From positions 4,928,001-4,992,000 of the forward strand of contig OZ240241.1 in assembly GCA_965198115.1 (NCBI GenBank): a DNA stretch of 64,000 bases. The letters are read 5' to 3'. The translations under genes were made by a program, and so were the position numbers. Below, piece after piece: positions 18,869-28,461 of this stretch (position 1 is its first letter; every line of letters starts with the position of its first letter). The DNA is from Candidatus Latescibacterota bacterium (GTDB lineage Bacteria > Latescibacterota > UBA2968). The notes under the pieces are model-generated. The model ran no database searches. It was not told the DNA's origin and saw only the letters and a list, made by a program, of their open reading frames with translations.

Positions 18869-19854
18869 CAGGGTCGGGAGGGCTCGATCTCTTCGACCCA
18901 GATGCTGGCGCGGGAAATGAACAGACGAACCTTTCGTCCTTCCTCGGCGAGTGCGCCTTCGGTGGCGAGTGTCTTCCCGAGCAAATCCAGACGAACGTCA
19001 CTCCCCCGATCGACCTCGACGAGGAAACGCTCTTCGGCCTCCCAGGTGAGACGACGACCGGACGCGACGAGTCCGGCGAAGAGCGGCTCGCCGTCCGCCC
19101 TGACGGCGATGGTGGACGTGCCGAGACCGATGGCGGAGAGCGTGATTCTGGGTGCGCCCGGTAGACCGTAGGTCTGTGGGGTCAGCGAGTAGGCCGCGAC
19201 GACCCGTTCACGGGTGGTGACGGTTCGATCGCCGGCAGGTGGCGCATCGGAGGAGGGTGTTGGCGTGGCCCGGGAGACGTCTCGTTCGGACCGGGTGAGT
19301 GGAGAAGCCGTGGCCGACGGTCTGGCTGTGGAGGCAGTAGACTCGCTCGCCGAGCCTGCGGAGACAGGCATATGCTCTGGTTGCGAGACCGACGTCACCT
19401 GATTGCCCGGGACGGCCGCTTCTACGGGTCGGTTCTCGTCGGGTGACGTGGCCAGGTCCGCGGTCGGGTCCTGGTTGAGCAGGATGAGTCCGACCAAGCC
19501 AATCAACATCAGGCTCGAGGCGCCGACGACGACCCACCGTGACCCGGTGTCCCGTCGTGCAGCCGTGGCGGACACGTCATCTTCGCGGGCCTTGCGCAGC
19601 GTGGCTCTGTCGTAGGCCACGATGACTTCGTCAGGATCCGCACCCACCTCCTGGGCGACCTTGCGGAGGAACATGCGGATGTAGGCTTCGGGCAAGACGT
19701 GAAAGTCACCCGCCTCGAGCGCCGTGATGAATTCGGCGTTGATCCGTGTTCGACTGAACAGGTCGTGAACGGACAGGCCGAGGGACTCACGTCGGGTTCG
19801 GAGTTCGTGAGCGACGTCTTCCACGTCAGGCCTCTCGGAGTGCGGCGACGACAT
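18868..19854 (-). CDS. RodZ-like HTH/TM/DUF4115 protein
   Basis: N-terminal HTH (TRINAEFITALEAGDF..LPEAYIRMF), one TM helix, low-complexity linker, beta-rich C-terminus. Confidence 0.8.
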   Translation of the reverse strand: MSSPHSERPDVEDVAHELRTRRESLGLSVHDLFSRTRINAEFITALEAGDFHVLPEAYIRMFLRKVAQEVGADPDEVIVAYDRATLRKAREDDVSATAARRDTGSRWVVVGASSLMLIGLVGLILLNQDPTADLATSPDENRPVEAAVPGNQVTSVSQPEHMPVSAGSASESTASTARPSATASPLTRSERDVSRATPTPSSDAPPAGDRTVTTRERVVAAYSLTPQTYGLPGAPRITLSAIGLGTSTIAVRADGEPLFAGLVASGRRLTWEAEERFLVEVDRGSDVRLDLLGKTLATEGALAEEGRKVRLFISRASIWVEEIEPSRP

Positions 19855-20446
19855 CGCCGGTAGGGGAATCGTCGACCCGGAGATGGTCCTGGTACGGTCG
19901 GAGCATGCGGTAGAGGTCGGCCACGGGCAGGCCGACGACGTTGTAGTAGCAACCGTCGATCTGCTCGACGAAGACGGCGGCGCGTCCCTGAATACCATAG
20001 GCGCCCGCTTTGTCGTAGGGCTCGTCGGTGTCGACGTAGGCCTGGATTTCGGCCTCGTCGAGCGTTCGGAAGGTCACGCGCGTCGTCGTGACGCCGGCCG
20101 TCGACCGATCGGATGCGCCCAGAACGACAGAAAGCCCCGTATGGACGTCGTGCGTGCGGCCCGACAGGGCACGGATCGACTCGACGGCCGCCTTTCGGCC
20201 CTCAGGCTTTCCGAGGATGATGCCGTCGAGTGCGACGACGGTATCGGCCCCAATGACGACGTGGTCGGGACGACGCTGCGCGACACGGCGTGCCTTGCGC
20301 TCCGCAAGGTGGACGACCGTCGCTTCGGGGGACGTGGCGACGGTCTCTTCGGCGGCATCGCTGGGGTCGATTTCGAACTCAAACCCCAACAGGCGTACGA
20401 GCTCTGCTCGCCGAGGCGACGCGGATGCGAGGACGAGCGGATTCAC
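19826..20446 (-). CDS. maf: Maf nucleoside triphosphate pyrophosphatase
   Basis: LVLASASPRR, IGADTVV, DKAGAYGIQG and NVVGLP motifs. Confidence 0.95.
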   Translation of the reverse strand: MNPLVLASASPRRAELVRLLGFEFEIDPSDAAEETVATSPEATVVHLAERKARRVAQRRPDHVVIGADTVVALDGIILGKPEGRKAAVESIRALSGRTHDVHTGLSVVLGASDRSTAGVTTTRVTFRTLDEAEIQAYVDTDEPYDKAGAYGIQGRAAVFVEQIDGCYYNVVGLPVADLYRMLRPYQDHLRVDDSPTGDVVAALREA

Positions 20447-20898
20447 GAGATCTCCCGCGCAGGAGATTCGATCATCAATGTCACGGGACCGTCGTTCTGA
20501 ATGTCGACCCGCATGTGAGCCCCGAACCACCCACGCTCGACAGGAACACCCTTCTGTTCGACGGCGTCAGCGAAGGCTTCGTAGAGCGGCTCGGCCGAGT
20601 CGGGTGACGCCGCGTCGGTGAAACCCGGACGCCTGCCCCGGCGCGTGTCGGAGTAGAGTGTGAACTGGCTGATGACGAGGGCCTCGCCTCCGATGTCGAG
20701 CACCGATCGGTTCATCTTGCCTTCGTCGTCGTTGAAGATTCTGAGGTTCGTGACCTTGTCGACAAGGTATTCCAGATCCTCCGGCGTGTCGGACGCGGCG
20801 ACGCCGAGCAGGATGACGAGGCCAGGGCCGATCCGGTTTTCGCCCTTCCCCTCAGCGGAGACTCCCGCCTCAGTGACTCGTTGAATCAGAGCCCGCAC
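20443..20898 (-). CDS. dtd: D-aminoacyl-tRNA deacylase
   Basis: MRALIQRV, SQFTL and NDGPVT motifs. Confidence 0.97.
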   Translation of the reverse strand: MRALIQRVTEAGVSAEGKGENRIGPGLVILLGVAASDTPEDLEYLVDKVTNLRIFNDDEGKMNRSVLDIGGEALVISQFTLYSDTRRGRRPGFTDAASPDSAEPLYEAFADAVEQKGVPVERGWFGAHMRVDIQNDGPVTLMIESPAREIS

Positions 20899-20960
20899 CG
20901 AAGTCCAATGTCTCTCGTAACTTACAGTAATTTATATAAATAGCTCGACAAGACCGTTGG

Positions 20961-20989
20961 AATCTAATCGAATGGGAGAGGGTTTGCAA
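20961..20989 (-). promoter_or_regulatory. Sigma70-like promoter for the dtd operon
   Basis: TTGCAA-N17-TAGATT on the minus strand. Confidence 0.55.
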
Positions 20990-21114
20990 GGGGGTTGCGC
21001 CCGCTTGTGCGGGCGAAAGGCAGAAGTGCCAACGTAAAAGGAGAACGGATGCGGGAGAGCTGCTCCAACGGCTCTCAACTCGGAGATCGGCAATCGGAGG
21101 TTGGGATTCGGTTT

Positions 21115-23514
21115 TCAGAGGCCGTAAACGTTGCCTCGTTTGGTGGAGAAACCGAACTGGGGGAATTGCTTGATGTTGACCTTGAACGCGGCGCCGCGTG
21201 CGAACCCATTGGGAACGATTCGAGCCTGAGCTTCGAAGCAATGAAGGTCCCTGTAGATGGAAATTTCCTGGTTCGTGACGTCGGGATTGACGAGGTCGAG
21301 ACGGATTGAGTAGTCGACACGCCAGTCCCTGTGAGGGCTGAAGGCCAGGGCTGACCGAAACCAGGACGTGTGGGATGTGGTCGTTCCCGTTCTTCGGAAC
21401 TCGAACTGGTGGCCCACGGAGACCCGCCACGGGCCTGCTCGATCGATGTCGCGATTCAGGTTGCGCTCGTATCCGAATTCGGACGGGTCCTGGCCGTAAC
21501 GATCCTGACTGAACCGGTCCAGGGCGAAATCTGACGGATCAGACAGACGTTCGTCTTCGCGTCTACGACTTCGAGCCGTGTCGGCGCGCGTACCCGTGAA
21601 GGACAGACTCGTCGTGGCCGAGAGGTTTCTAAGCAGGGGCGAAAACGGTTTCCAGGTGTCGCCCTGGTTGTAAAGCTCGTGCGTCATGTTCACCCGGAGA
21701 TCGATGCGGCGGTCAGGTTTGACGGAGACGGTGGTACGAACCGGCTGCACGCGCCGCCGCGAGGGCGAGTCGAAGTCGAGGGCCGTGCGGATGTTCGCGG
21801 TGACGAGCGTGAATCGTCGTTCCTCGCCGTCTTCGTTTGCCGTTTTGACGTCGAAGCTGTTGGAGATGCTGACGGTCGCAGAGCGTCGTGCGTCGCCCGC
21901 CATCCGTGTGCCGCCAAAGCCGAACGTCCCGCCGGATACGGTGGCGTTCTGCGCATATCGTAACCCGATCCTCGGCTGGAATCGGTGGCGGATGCCCCGC
22001 AGACGGCCGGCACGAACGTTGAATATCCCGTAGAGGGTCGTGCCGGTGGTGATGCCGCCCGTGTAGGTTTCGTTCCGTGTGGGCGCGCCCGTGTTGTTTC
22101 GAGAAAGGCGTTGAGAGGTCGTGAAGTTAGGGGTCAGCTCGACCCAGCCGAACGGTCGATGCTGGCTGTTCACGCTGAGGCGACCTCCGAAGGTGAGGTT
22201 CTGAGGCTCATCGTCCTGATCGGGTGCGCGTGCGAACCGGTTGTCGACATCGCCAGACAGGCTGTAGTAGAAGGCGCGGTACCAGGGTCCACCGCGGCGC
22301 GAGCGCGACGCGCGATCGTTGGACCCGAAGACGCGTCGACGGCCCTGACGGAACGTCAGACGCGGGAAGCCCTGGAAGTTGTTCTCCCGATCGACCAGGT
22401 CTCGGAAGTAGGTCATACTCAGGTCGACGCTGCGCCCCGCGTCGCGCCAGTCCTTGTCGATCGAGAAGGATGATCTGAGCTGCGAGTTGAGGAAGGTGTA
22501 GAGGTCTTCGGCGTTGCGCTGGTCGAAGGAGCGGCTGTTCGTGAAGTTTCCCGTTGCCCGGAGGTTCGAGGTCGGCGAGAGTCGCTGCCAGTGGTTCAGG
22601 TCGAGCCGCCAGCTGCGTGTGGATGTCTCGGTTCCGGTGTTGAAGTTTTCGAACTGGAAGAACACGCGTCCGTTCATCCGTCTGCGAACGTTGTAGTTGA
22701 ACAGACCGTCGAGGAGGATGCCGCCCGTTTCGCGGACGTTCGTTCGAGCGGTGGCATCCCAGTACTCACTGGGTGCGTAGTAGTAGCCGAGGTTGTTGAC
22801 GGTGATTCCGTCTCGACTGTTGGACCCCACGCTCGGTGTGAGGACGCCCGAACTTCGACCTTGCCGAAGTGGGAAGACGTAGAAGGGAAACCAGGCGATC
22901 GGTACGGGTCCGAGTTCGAAGGTGACGTTCCTGGCGACTCCCTTGTCGTTCTCGACAATCTTGAGACGGTCGACGAGGAAGCGATAGTGTTCGTGGTCTT
23001 CCTCGCAGGTGGTGAGAGAGATGTCGCGAAGGTGCACGTTCCTCGTCGAGTCGAGGATGGCGTGCGCGCCTTTGATGTAGTATTTGCTCTGACTGACGGC
23101 CTGGCCGTCCCACACTCGCCCCCTGCCCGAATCCAGGTGGTAGACTAGCCGTGATCCGGAGAATCGTTCCTGACCCCCGCCCCTGGAAAAATCGGGACGT
23201 TCGGACAATCTACCCGTCTCGTCGACGAGCGCCTCTGCCGTCAGCGTTCGTTCACCTCGGTCGAAGATCACCCGGGCCGCGCGGATTTCGACGTCAGCGT
23301 AGTTGACGACGACGTTTCCTTCGAGGGTGACGACGTCGGCGCGGGCATCCTCGAAGGCCCGGTCTGCGCGGAATGCCACCGCCCCGGGCTTCGAAGTCAC
23401 TTTTGGCCGTTCTGCCGCGTCGCGATTCTGTCTGTGCTGGCAGGTTCCGGTCGCCGGCCACGCCACGATCAGGGCCAACACCAGGGCGAGATTTCGTAGG
23501 ATTCTGTGGCTCAT
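21115..23514 (-). CDS. lptD: LPS-assembly protein LptD-like outer-membrane protein
   Basis: Signal peptide; OstA-like N-domain; TTC..HY, RSSGVLTP and YRDLHCFEA motifs; beta-barrel. Confidence 0.85.
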   Translation of the reverse strand: MSHRILRNLALVLALIVAWPATGTCQHRQNRDAAERPKVTSKPGAVAFRADRAFEDARADVVTLEGNVVVNYADVEIRAARVIFDRGERTLTAEALVDETGRLSERPDFSRGGGQERFSGSRLVYHLDSGRGRVWDGQAVSQSKYYIKGAHAILDSTRNVHLRDISLTTCEEDHEHYRFLVDRLKIVENDKGVARNVTFELGPVPIAWFPFYVFPLRQGRSSGVLTPSVGSNSRDGITVNNLGYYYAPSEYWDATARTNVRETGGILLDGLFNYNVRRRMNGRVFFQFENFNTGTETSTRSWRLDLNHWQRLSPTSNLRATGNFTNSRSFDQRNAEDLYTFLNSQLRSSFSIDKDWRDAGRSVDLSMTYFRDLVDRENNFQGFPRLTFRQGRRRVFGSNDRASRSRRGGPWYRAFYYSLSGDVDNRFARAPDQDDEPQNLTFGGRLSVNSQHRPFGWVELTPNFTTSQRLSRNNTGAPTRNETYTGGITTGTTLYGIFNVRAGRLRGIRHRFQPRIGLRYAQNATVSGGTFGFGGTRMAGDARRSATVSISNSFDVKTANEDGEERRFTLVTANIRTALDFDSPSRRRVQPVRTTVSVKPDRRIDLRVNMTHELYNQGDTWKPFSPLLRNLSATTSLSFTGTRADTARSRRREDERLSDPSDFALDRFSQDRYGQDPSEFGYERNLNRDIDRAGPWRVSVGHQFEFRRTGTTTSHTSWFRSALAFSPHRDWRVDYSIRLDLVNPDVTNQEISIYRDLHCFEAQARIVPNGFARGAAFKVNIKQFPQFGFSTKRGNVYGL

Positions 23515-23608
23515 GGTCCTATTTCGGTCCTGCAGGTCAATCTTTCGTTCGAAAATCGCGAATCAGGTGGCTCATTCTTGAAATTCGGTCTTGTAAGCCA
23601 TAAACTTA

Positions 23609-24870
23609 GTACTCCTGTTCTCAAATACGGTGACGTATTCTAAGCAGACTTTGCCAAGGGCGTATCGTAGAACCTGAGTTTGTCGATCATCTCCGCGAGA
23701 TCTGTTCGTGTGAACTTCCATTTGAAGGGTGTGGCGATACGTCCGTAGCGTTCCTGAAAACCGAGGATTCTTGCCTCAAGCTCTTCGAGCGATGCAAATT
23801 CGATAGGTGTCAGAGCCTTGCGTTTGAGGATCGAGAAGTAGATCTCGATCTGATTGAGCCAGCTTGCGTGGATCGGAAGGTGAACGGGGTGGATGTTTGG
23901 CCACTTCCCCTGGATACGGTCGATGCATGTTTGCCCTCGGTGCGAGGAGCCATTATCCACGATGAGGTAGACTTTCTTTGCCGAGCAATAGGGTTTCCGG
24001 CTCATGATCAGGCTCAGGAGCCGGTTGAAGGGCTCGATACCCGAAGAAGACTCACAGAGACCGAAGATTCGACCATTGTGCACGTCGAGAGCAGCCAGAT
24101 AGGCCAGGGCTCCTTTCCGCTCGTATTCGTGTTTCAACGCGTGCCGCTCTGTTCGAGGCTGGCGGTAGGGTAACGTGCTTGCGAGCTCGTGCTTGAATAC
24201 TGGTCTTTTCGTCGGCAGAAAGTACATATTCCCTCGGCCCTAAAGGCTTTCCTTGCCATTGGCGGTGATACAGATCAAGGACTCTACCTGCTTTGGTTTG
24301 GAAGTCCGGGTCCCGTGGGAAAATCCAGGAGCGATGATACCAAGGACGAATCGCGTCCTCGTTCAACCAGCGCCAGACAGTGGCGCCGCTGATCTTGGCA
24401 ACGAAGCCCCTTTGCACTGCCTCGGCGGCAATCTCGGAACAGCTGAACCGCGAGAGCGGTATCCCGCTCTCGCTCGGTAGTTCACACGCCAGCGCCTTGA
24501 TCTGAACGACCACCTGAGGGGGGAAAACCGGGCGGGCGCCCGGGACGAGATCTATCTTCGAGTCCCGAAAGACGCTCTTCGAAAAAGCGCTTACGCCATT
24601 TGCTTACGATCGGACGCGGGACATCCAACCGTTGGGCGATAATCTTGTTGGATAATCCCTCGGCGGCGAGAAGCACGATTTTCGATCGGATCACTTGATA
24701 ATACGGTAACGTATATTGTCCAGCCATTCGCTCGAGGTCGACCTGTTCCTTCTCAGACAGTAGCACCACATAAGGCGAACGTCTTGGCATTGTTCTCCTC
24801 CTTTTGAAGGAGAACATAAGCTACAAATAATGTTCAGGACATACGTAATAATGTTTATGAAACCATGCAC
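23609..24870 (-). mobile_element. IS630-family element, copy 2 (transposase 23640-24790 in three frames)
   Basis: Same length and ORFs as copy 1; CTTAG at both junctions; two substitutions near one end. Confidence 0.92.
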
Positions 24871-24948
24871 TTAGGTATGCACGACTCGCAATGATCGTTC
24901 CAGATGAACTCACCGTCGCGGTCAGGGGCAGCCGGGACAGGAGGAGGC

Positions 24949-26367
24949 GTGATCGACTCCCTCACGATTCCGCTTTTCGAAAACCTCAGCGATGATGATC
25001 GCACCGCATTGTTGCGGAGTGCGACCGTCCGTCCCTGCGTGGATGGCGAAGCCATTATCAACGAGGGCGACCCCGGAGAAGGCATCTTCGTCATTTCCCA
25101 GGGCGAAGTGCTCATCGAAAAGGCCACGATCGAGGGCAAGGCCGAAGTGCTGACCGTCCTGGGTGCGGGCGAGTGCTTCGGGGAACTGGCGCTCGTCGAC
25201 CACGGGCCCCGGAGCGCAACCGTCCGGTCCCGGGGATCGGCCGAGGTACTGGCGTTCGAGGCCGACACTCTCGACGCGTTTTTCACGGCACACGGCGAAG
25301 TCCATCGTGCGATTCTGAAGAACCTCGCGGTCATCACGTCGGGTCGGCTTCGGAGACTCGACGAGGCGGTGATCGAAAGCGCCTACGACTCCGTACTCCT
25401 GATCGACAATGTTTTCCGGATTCTTAAGCATCGTCAGATTACGGACCGAACACCGTTGATCCCGGCGAGCGCCCAATCCGGTTCGGATCTTTTCGAGGTC
25501 GTGCCACGGCTCGGCGAGGGGGTACGCCAGAACCTGACATCGATCATTCGCGCCGAAGACCTCGCCAGGATGAACCTGGAATACGAGAGCGACGAGGGCG
25601 CGACGGACTACTTCGAACTGACCGTAGCCCCGAACGGAGAGGCCGGAGCCTCCGTCGGGATCCGCAACGTCATGGAGTCCAAAGCGCTCGAAACCCGGCT
25701 GATCCAGTCGGAAAAGCTGGCTATGACGGGTCAGATGTCGGCCGAAATCGGACACGAGCTGCGCAACTTTTTAACTGTTCTGATCGGTCACGTCGACTTG
25801 CTCGGCATCAACCCCGATATCCAGCAGAGCGAAAAAGGGAAGCGCAGCATCGGGATCATCGCCGAGCAGCTGGAGCGCGTCGAAAAATTCGCGTCGGGTC
25901 TGATGGAGCTCGGCCAGCTTAAGCTGCAGAAAGAGCCGTCCCACGTGAACCTGTTGATCGAGAAACTGATCGGCTTCATACAGGGGCAGCAACGTTTCAG
26001 GCAGGTCGAGTTCGAACTCGATCTCGGTAAGGGCGTGCCGTTGATCGAGGCCGATCCGGGTCAGATCCAGCAGGTGTTGCTCAATTTGTTTGCGAACGCG
26101 GCCGACGCGATGGGGGCGGGGATTGTGGCGGTGGGGACCCTACTCGACGATGACGGTCGGCTGGTTGTCGCGGTTCGGGACACCGGACCGGGTATGCCCG
26201 ACGAGGTGGTCGCCCGGATCTTCGAGACTGGGTTCACGACGAAGGATACGGGTCACGGGTTCGGCCTGCCCGTCTGCCGACGGATCGTCGAGAACCACGG
26301 CGGCGTGATCGACGTGGAAACCGAGCCCGGCGTGGGTACAACGTTTACGTTGACCTTTACTATCTGA
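24949..26367 (+). CDS. cNMP-binding / PAS-like sensor histidine kinase
   Basis: GECFGELAL..PRSATV, EIGHELRN, QVLLNL..NA, DTGPGM and FTTK..GHGFGL motifs; GGAGG RBS before GTG. Confidence 0.92.
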   Translation: MIDSLTIPLFENLSDDDRTALLRSATVRPCVDGEAIINEGDPGEGIFVISQGEVLIEKATIEGKAEVLTVLGAGECFGELALVDHGPRSATVRSRGSAEVLAFEADTLDAFFTAHGEVHRAILKNLAVITSGRLRRLDEAVIESAYDSVLLIDNVFRILKHRQITDRTPLIPASAQSGSDLFEVVPRLGEGVRQNLTSIIRAEDLARMNLEYESDEGATDYFELTVAPNGEAGASVGIRNVMESKALETRLIQSEKLAMTGQMSAEIGHELRNFLTVLIGHVDLLGINPDIQQSEKGKRSIGIIAEQLERVEKFASGLMELGQLKLQKEPSHVNLLIEKLIGFIQGQQRFRQVEFELDLGKGVPLIEADPGQIQQVLLNLFANAADAMGAGIVAVGTLLDDDGRLVVAVRDTGPGMPDEVVARIFETGFTTKDTGHGFGLPVCRRIVENHGGVIDVETEPGVGTTFTLTFTI

Positions 26368-26390
26368 TTGCGACCCTGATCTCCTGATTC

Positions 26391-26450
26391 AGCCCGGTCT
26401 TCGGACCGGGCTTTTTTTATGGGTGCCCGGTCTCTTGACCGGGCCTTTTT
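26391..26450 (+). terminator. Two tandem near-identical intrinsic terminators
   Basis: GCCCGGTC-TTCG-GACCGGGC-T7 and GCCCGGTC-TCTT-GACCGGGC-CT5. Confidence 0.85.
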
Positions 26451-26562
26451 CGTGCCCACTCGATCTATGAGGGGAACAAATTTCCGCTTCTGGGTCGAGA
26501 GATCGAACCAGTGGATAGGTCAAGTGCTGTAAAAACATATATTTCCAAGATCAATCCGAATC

Positions 26563-26578
26563 TGGCATCCGGCTTGCG
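26563..26578 (+). promoter_or_regulatory. Sigma54 -24/-12 promoter candidate
   Basis: TGGCATCCGGCTTGC with exact GG-N10-GC spacing. Confidence 0.6.
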
Positions 26579-26645
26579 ATAGACTGGCCGGGTGACGTAT
26601 TGCCCTCGAAATCCCCCCGAATCTCCCTAACAGTAGGCGTTTCCC

Positions 26646-26783
26646 TTGATCTGGACTATACCGCTTCTCCTCATCGCTGTAGCGCTCGGGTTCGGCTTCT
26701 TGATCTGGGTCAGTCTGGCCCTTCTGGATGAGTGGGAGACCCTGCAAATCATCGCTAAAGGAAATTTCAGACGTGCCGATTAG
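26646..26783 (+). CDS. Candidate 45-aa single-TM small protein (not in the ORF track)
   Basis: TTG start; MIWTIPLLLIAVALGFGFLIWVSLALLDEWETLQIIAKGNFRRAD. Confidence 0.45.
   Translation: MIWTIPLLLIAVALGFGFLIWVSLALLDEWETLQIIAKGNFRRAD
26756..26782 (+). promoter_or_regulatory. Sigma28 (FliA-type) promoter candidate
   Basis: TAAA-N15-GCCGATTA. Confidence 0.5.
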
Positions 26784-26835
26784 ACTAGATAGAAGGTCGA
26801 AAAAGCAGGACATTCGTGGACGAAAGGAGCGCACA

Positions 26836-27015
26836 ATGGGTGCAAAAGACAGAGAACTGGCGGAGCTCTATTGGCAGCTCCAGAAGAGGGTTCATACGGA
26901 CCCGAAAGTGCGGTCGTATCTGCACTCTCTGACGCGCATTCTCAAGGCGCGACGCATTCGTCCGAACGCCCTCAACAAGGTCGGACTCGAGCTCGCCGGA
27001 CAGAATCGAATCTGA
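26836..27015 (+). CDS. 59-aa basic hypothetical protein
   Basis: AAGGAG RBS; MGAKDRELAELYWQLQKRVH...; hairpin downstream. Confidence 0.75.
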   Translation: MGAKDRELAELYWQLQKRVHTDPKVRSYLHSLTRILKARRIRPNALNKVGLELAGQNRI

Positions 27016-27037
27016 CCCACCTTCATCCTTGAAGCGA

Positions 27038-27068
27038 GACGCCCCTGTTCCTTGAGAACGGGGGCGTT
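27038..27068 (+). terminator. Terminator-like hairpin
   Basis: GACGCCCCTGTTC/GAACGGGGGCGTT stem. Confidence 0.55.
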
Positions 27069-27188
27069 CTGCTGTACAACAAAAAAGGCAGCCACTGAGA
27101 ACACTGAGAGCACGGAGAGGTGGGTAGACCCTGACATCTGGGCCCATCGGGGAGGACGGTGATAGGGCCCGACACCGGACGTGGTGGC

Positions 27189-27217
27189 TTGCCAAGCGGG
27201 GGGTGGCGGACTACTTT
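27189..27217 (+). promoter_or_regulatory. Sigma70 promoter of the tRNA
   Basis: TTGCCA-N17-TACTTT, ending 10 nt before the tRNA. Confidence 0.65.
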
Positions 27218-27227
27218 CATTGAACGT

Positions 27228-27314
27228 GCGAAAGTGGTGGAACTGGCAGACACGCCAGATTTAGGATCTGGTGGCCGAGAGGCCGTGGGGGTTCGAATCC
27301 CCCCTTTCGCACCA
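27228..27314 (+). tRNA. tRNA-Leu(TAG)
   Basis: GCGAAAG/CTTTCGC acceptor stem, CCAGA-TTTAGGA-TCTGG anticodon arm, long variable arm, GTTCGAATC and encoded CCA. Confidence 0.97.
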
Positions 27315-27444
27315 ATATAAACACCATACCCAGGACAGGTATTTACGGAAGGGCTCCCCGCTTTGAGGAGGCCTTTCGTATTTGGCAGTAAAGTTCAGTG
27401 TCCATAGAAGTGTCCACGAGCCTACACGAAAACCCCAGTTTTCA

Positions 27445-27517
27445 GAGGGCCGTAGGGGGTAGCTCCCCCGCACGGCTCCGTCTCGCCGGCGGCCCTCGTA
27501 AACCCTCAGACGGGAGG
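27445..27517 (+). ncRNA. Candidate structured cis-regulatory RNA (three-way junction plus pseudoknot to the RBS)
   Basis: P1 GAGGGCCG/CGGCCCTC; P2 GGGGG-TAGCT-CCCCC; P3 CGGC/GCCG, whose loop CCGTCT is complementary to AGACGG at 27508. Confidence 0.5.
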
Positions 27518-27525
27518 GAAAAGCG

Positions 27526-28461
27526 ATGCTACCTGCGGAAGACTGGAATCGGCACAACCGTGAGCTCATCTCTCAGCCAACACCTGGCGCGCCCGCAGAT
27601 TGCAACCAGTTGAGAGAGGATATCCTCTCAGGTTTGGAGAAGTTTCGTCGGTCGAGCATCGAGCCCTCGCCGCTTTGGACGGACGTGCCGTTCACCGAGG
27701 AGCTGTTTGCTGATCTTGACGAGGATGATGTTGACCTGTATCAGCGCTGTCTGTGCCCGGAGTTTCTGCGAGTGAACGTCTACTTTACTCTCAGAACGCT
27801 CGTCCTCTTCGTCAGCGAGCAGGCCATCGCCTACGGATCCCCTCAGCAGGTATCCGAGATCGTTGAGACACTCACCCGCCTTTCCAAGAAGCACAGCGGA
27901 GTTGGCCAAGTGCCCGTGGCCGGTATCTTCTTTCTCTGCAGCAACGCTTGGACAGCGTATGTCGGTAGGGAATCCATGCAGGCAATGAGGGAGGCCGAGG
28001 AAGCTGGGCTTGCGGTCGCCATCGAGCGGGCGACTGAACTCACGGCGGCCATCCACCGGATAATCCGATTCGTGTCGCCCGGCCACGTGCTGAACGATTT
28101 CCTTGGAGCGATTGATGCAGGCGATGAGAGCCTGCGACTCTGGAATGTTGTAGGAGAGAAGATCCAGGAACTCGGACTGAGAAGACCCCTCCAGGAGCTC
28201 GAGGACAGTATAGAACTAGAGTTGGGACGTCTCCGCGCAGAGCACAAAGAATGGGCTGAAAGGGTGTTCGGTGATCGACCGAGGCAGATATCCTACTTGC
28301 CTCAGGACGTGTATCGTGCTTGCCAGGGCATCGCGGATGCCTTTGAGCTTGGACGGGGATCTTACTATGGGACCCGCAAGGACGCTTGTGAATTGCTGAC
28401 TCTTTGCGGAATCGGGATAGATGTCGACACACTTCGGAAGTGGCGTTCTCGGAACCCGTGA
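27526..28461 (+). CDS. Hypothetical protein with a probable C-terminal HTH
   Basis: GGAGG RBS; ends KDACELLTLCGIGIDVDTLRKWRSR; sits upstream of the excisionase. Confidence 0.7.
   Translation: MLPAEDWNRHNRELISQPTPGAPADCNQLREDILSGLEKFRRSSIEPSPLWTDVPFTEELFADLDEDDVDLYQRCLCPEFLRVNVYFTLRTLVLFVSEQAIAYGSPQQVSEIVETLTRLSKKHSGVGQVPVAGIFFLCSNAWTAYVGRESMQAMREAEEAGLAVAIERATELTAAIHRIIRFVSPGHVLNDFLGAIDAGDESLRLWNVVGEKIQELGLRRPLQELEDSIELELGRLRAEHKEWAERVFGDRPRQISYLPQDVYRACQGIADAFELGRGSYYGTRKDACELLTLCGIGIDVDTLRKWRSRNP

Noticed and set aside
20990-21114. Possible ncRNA between lptD and dtd
   Set aside because: Only small hairpins; no recognisable RNA family.
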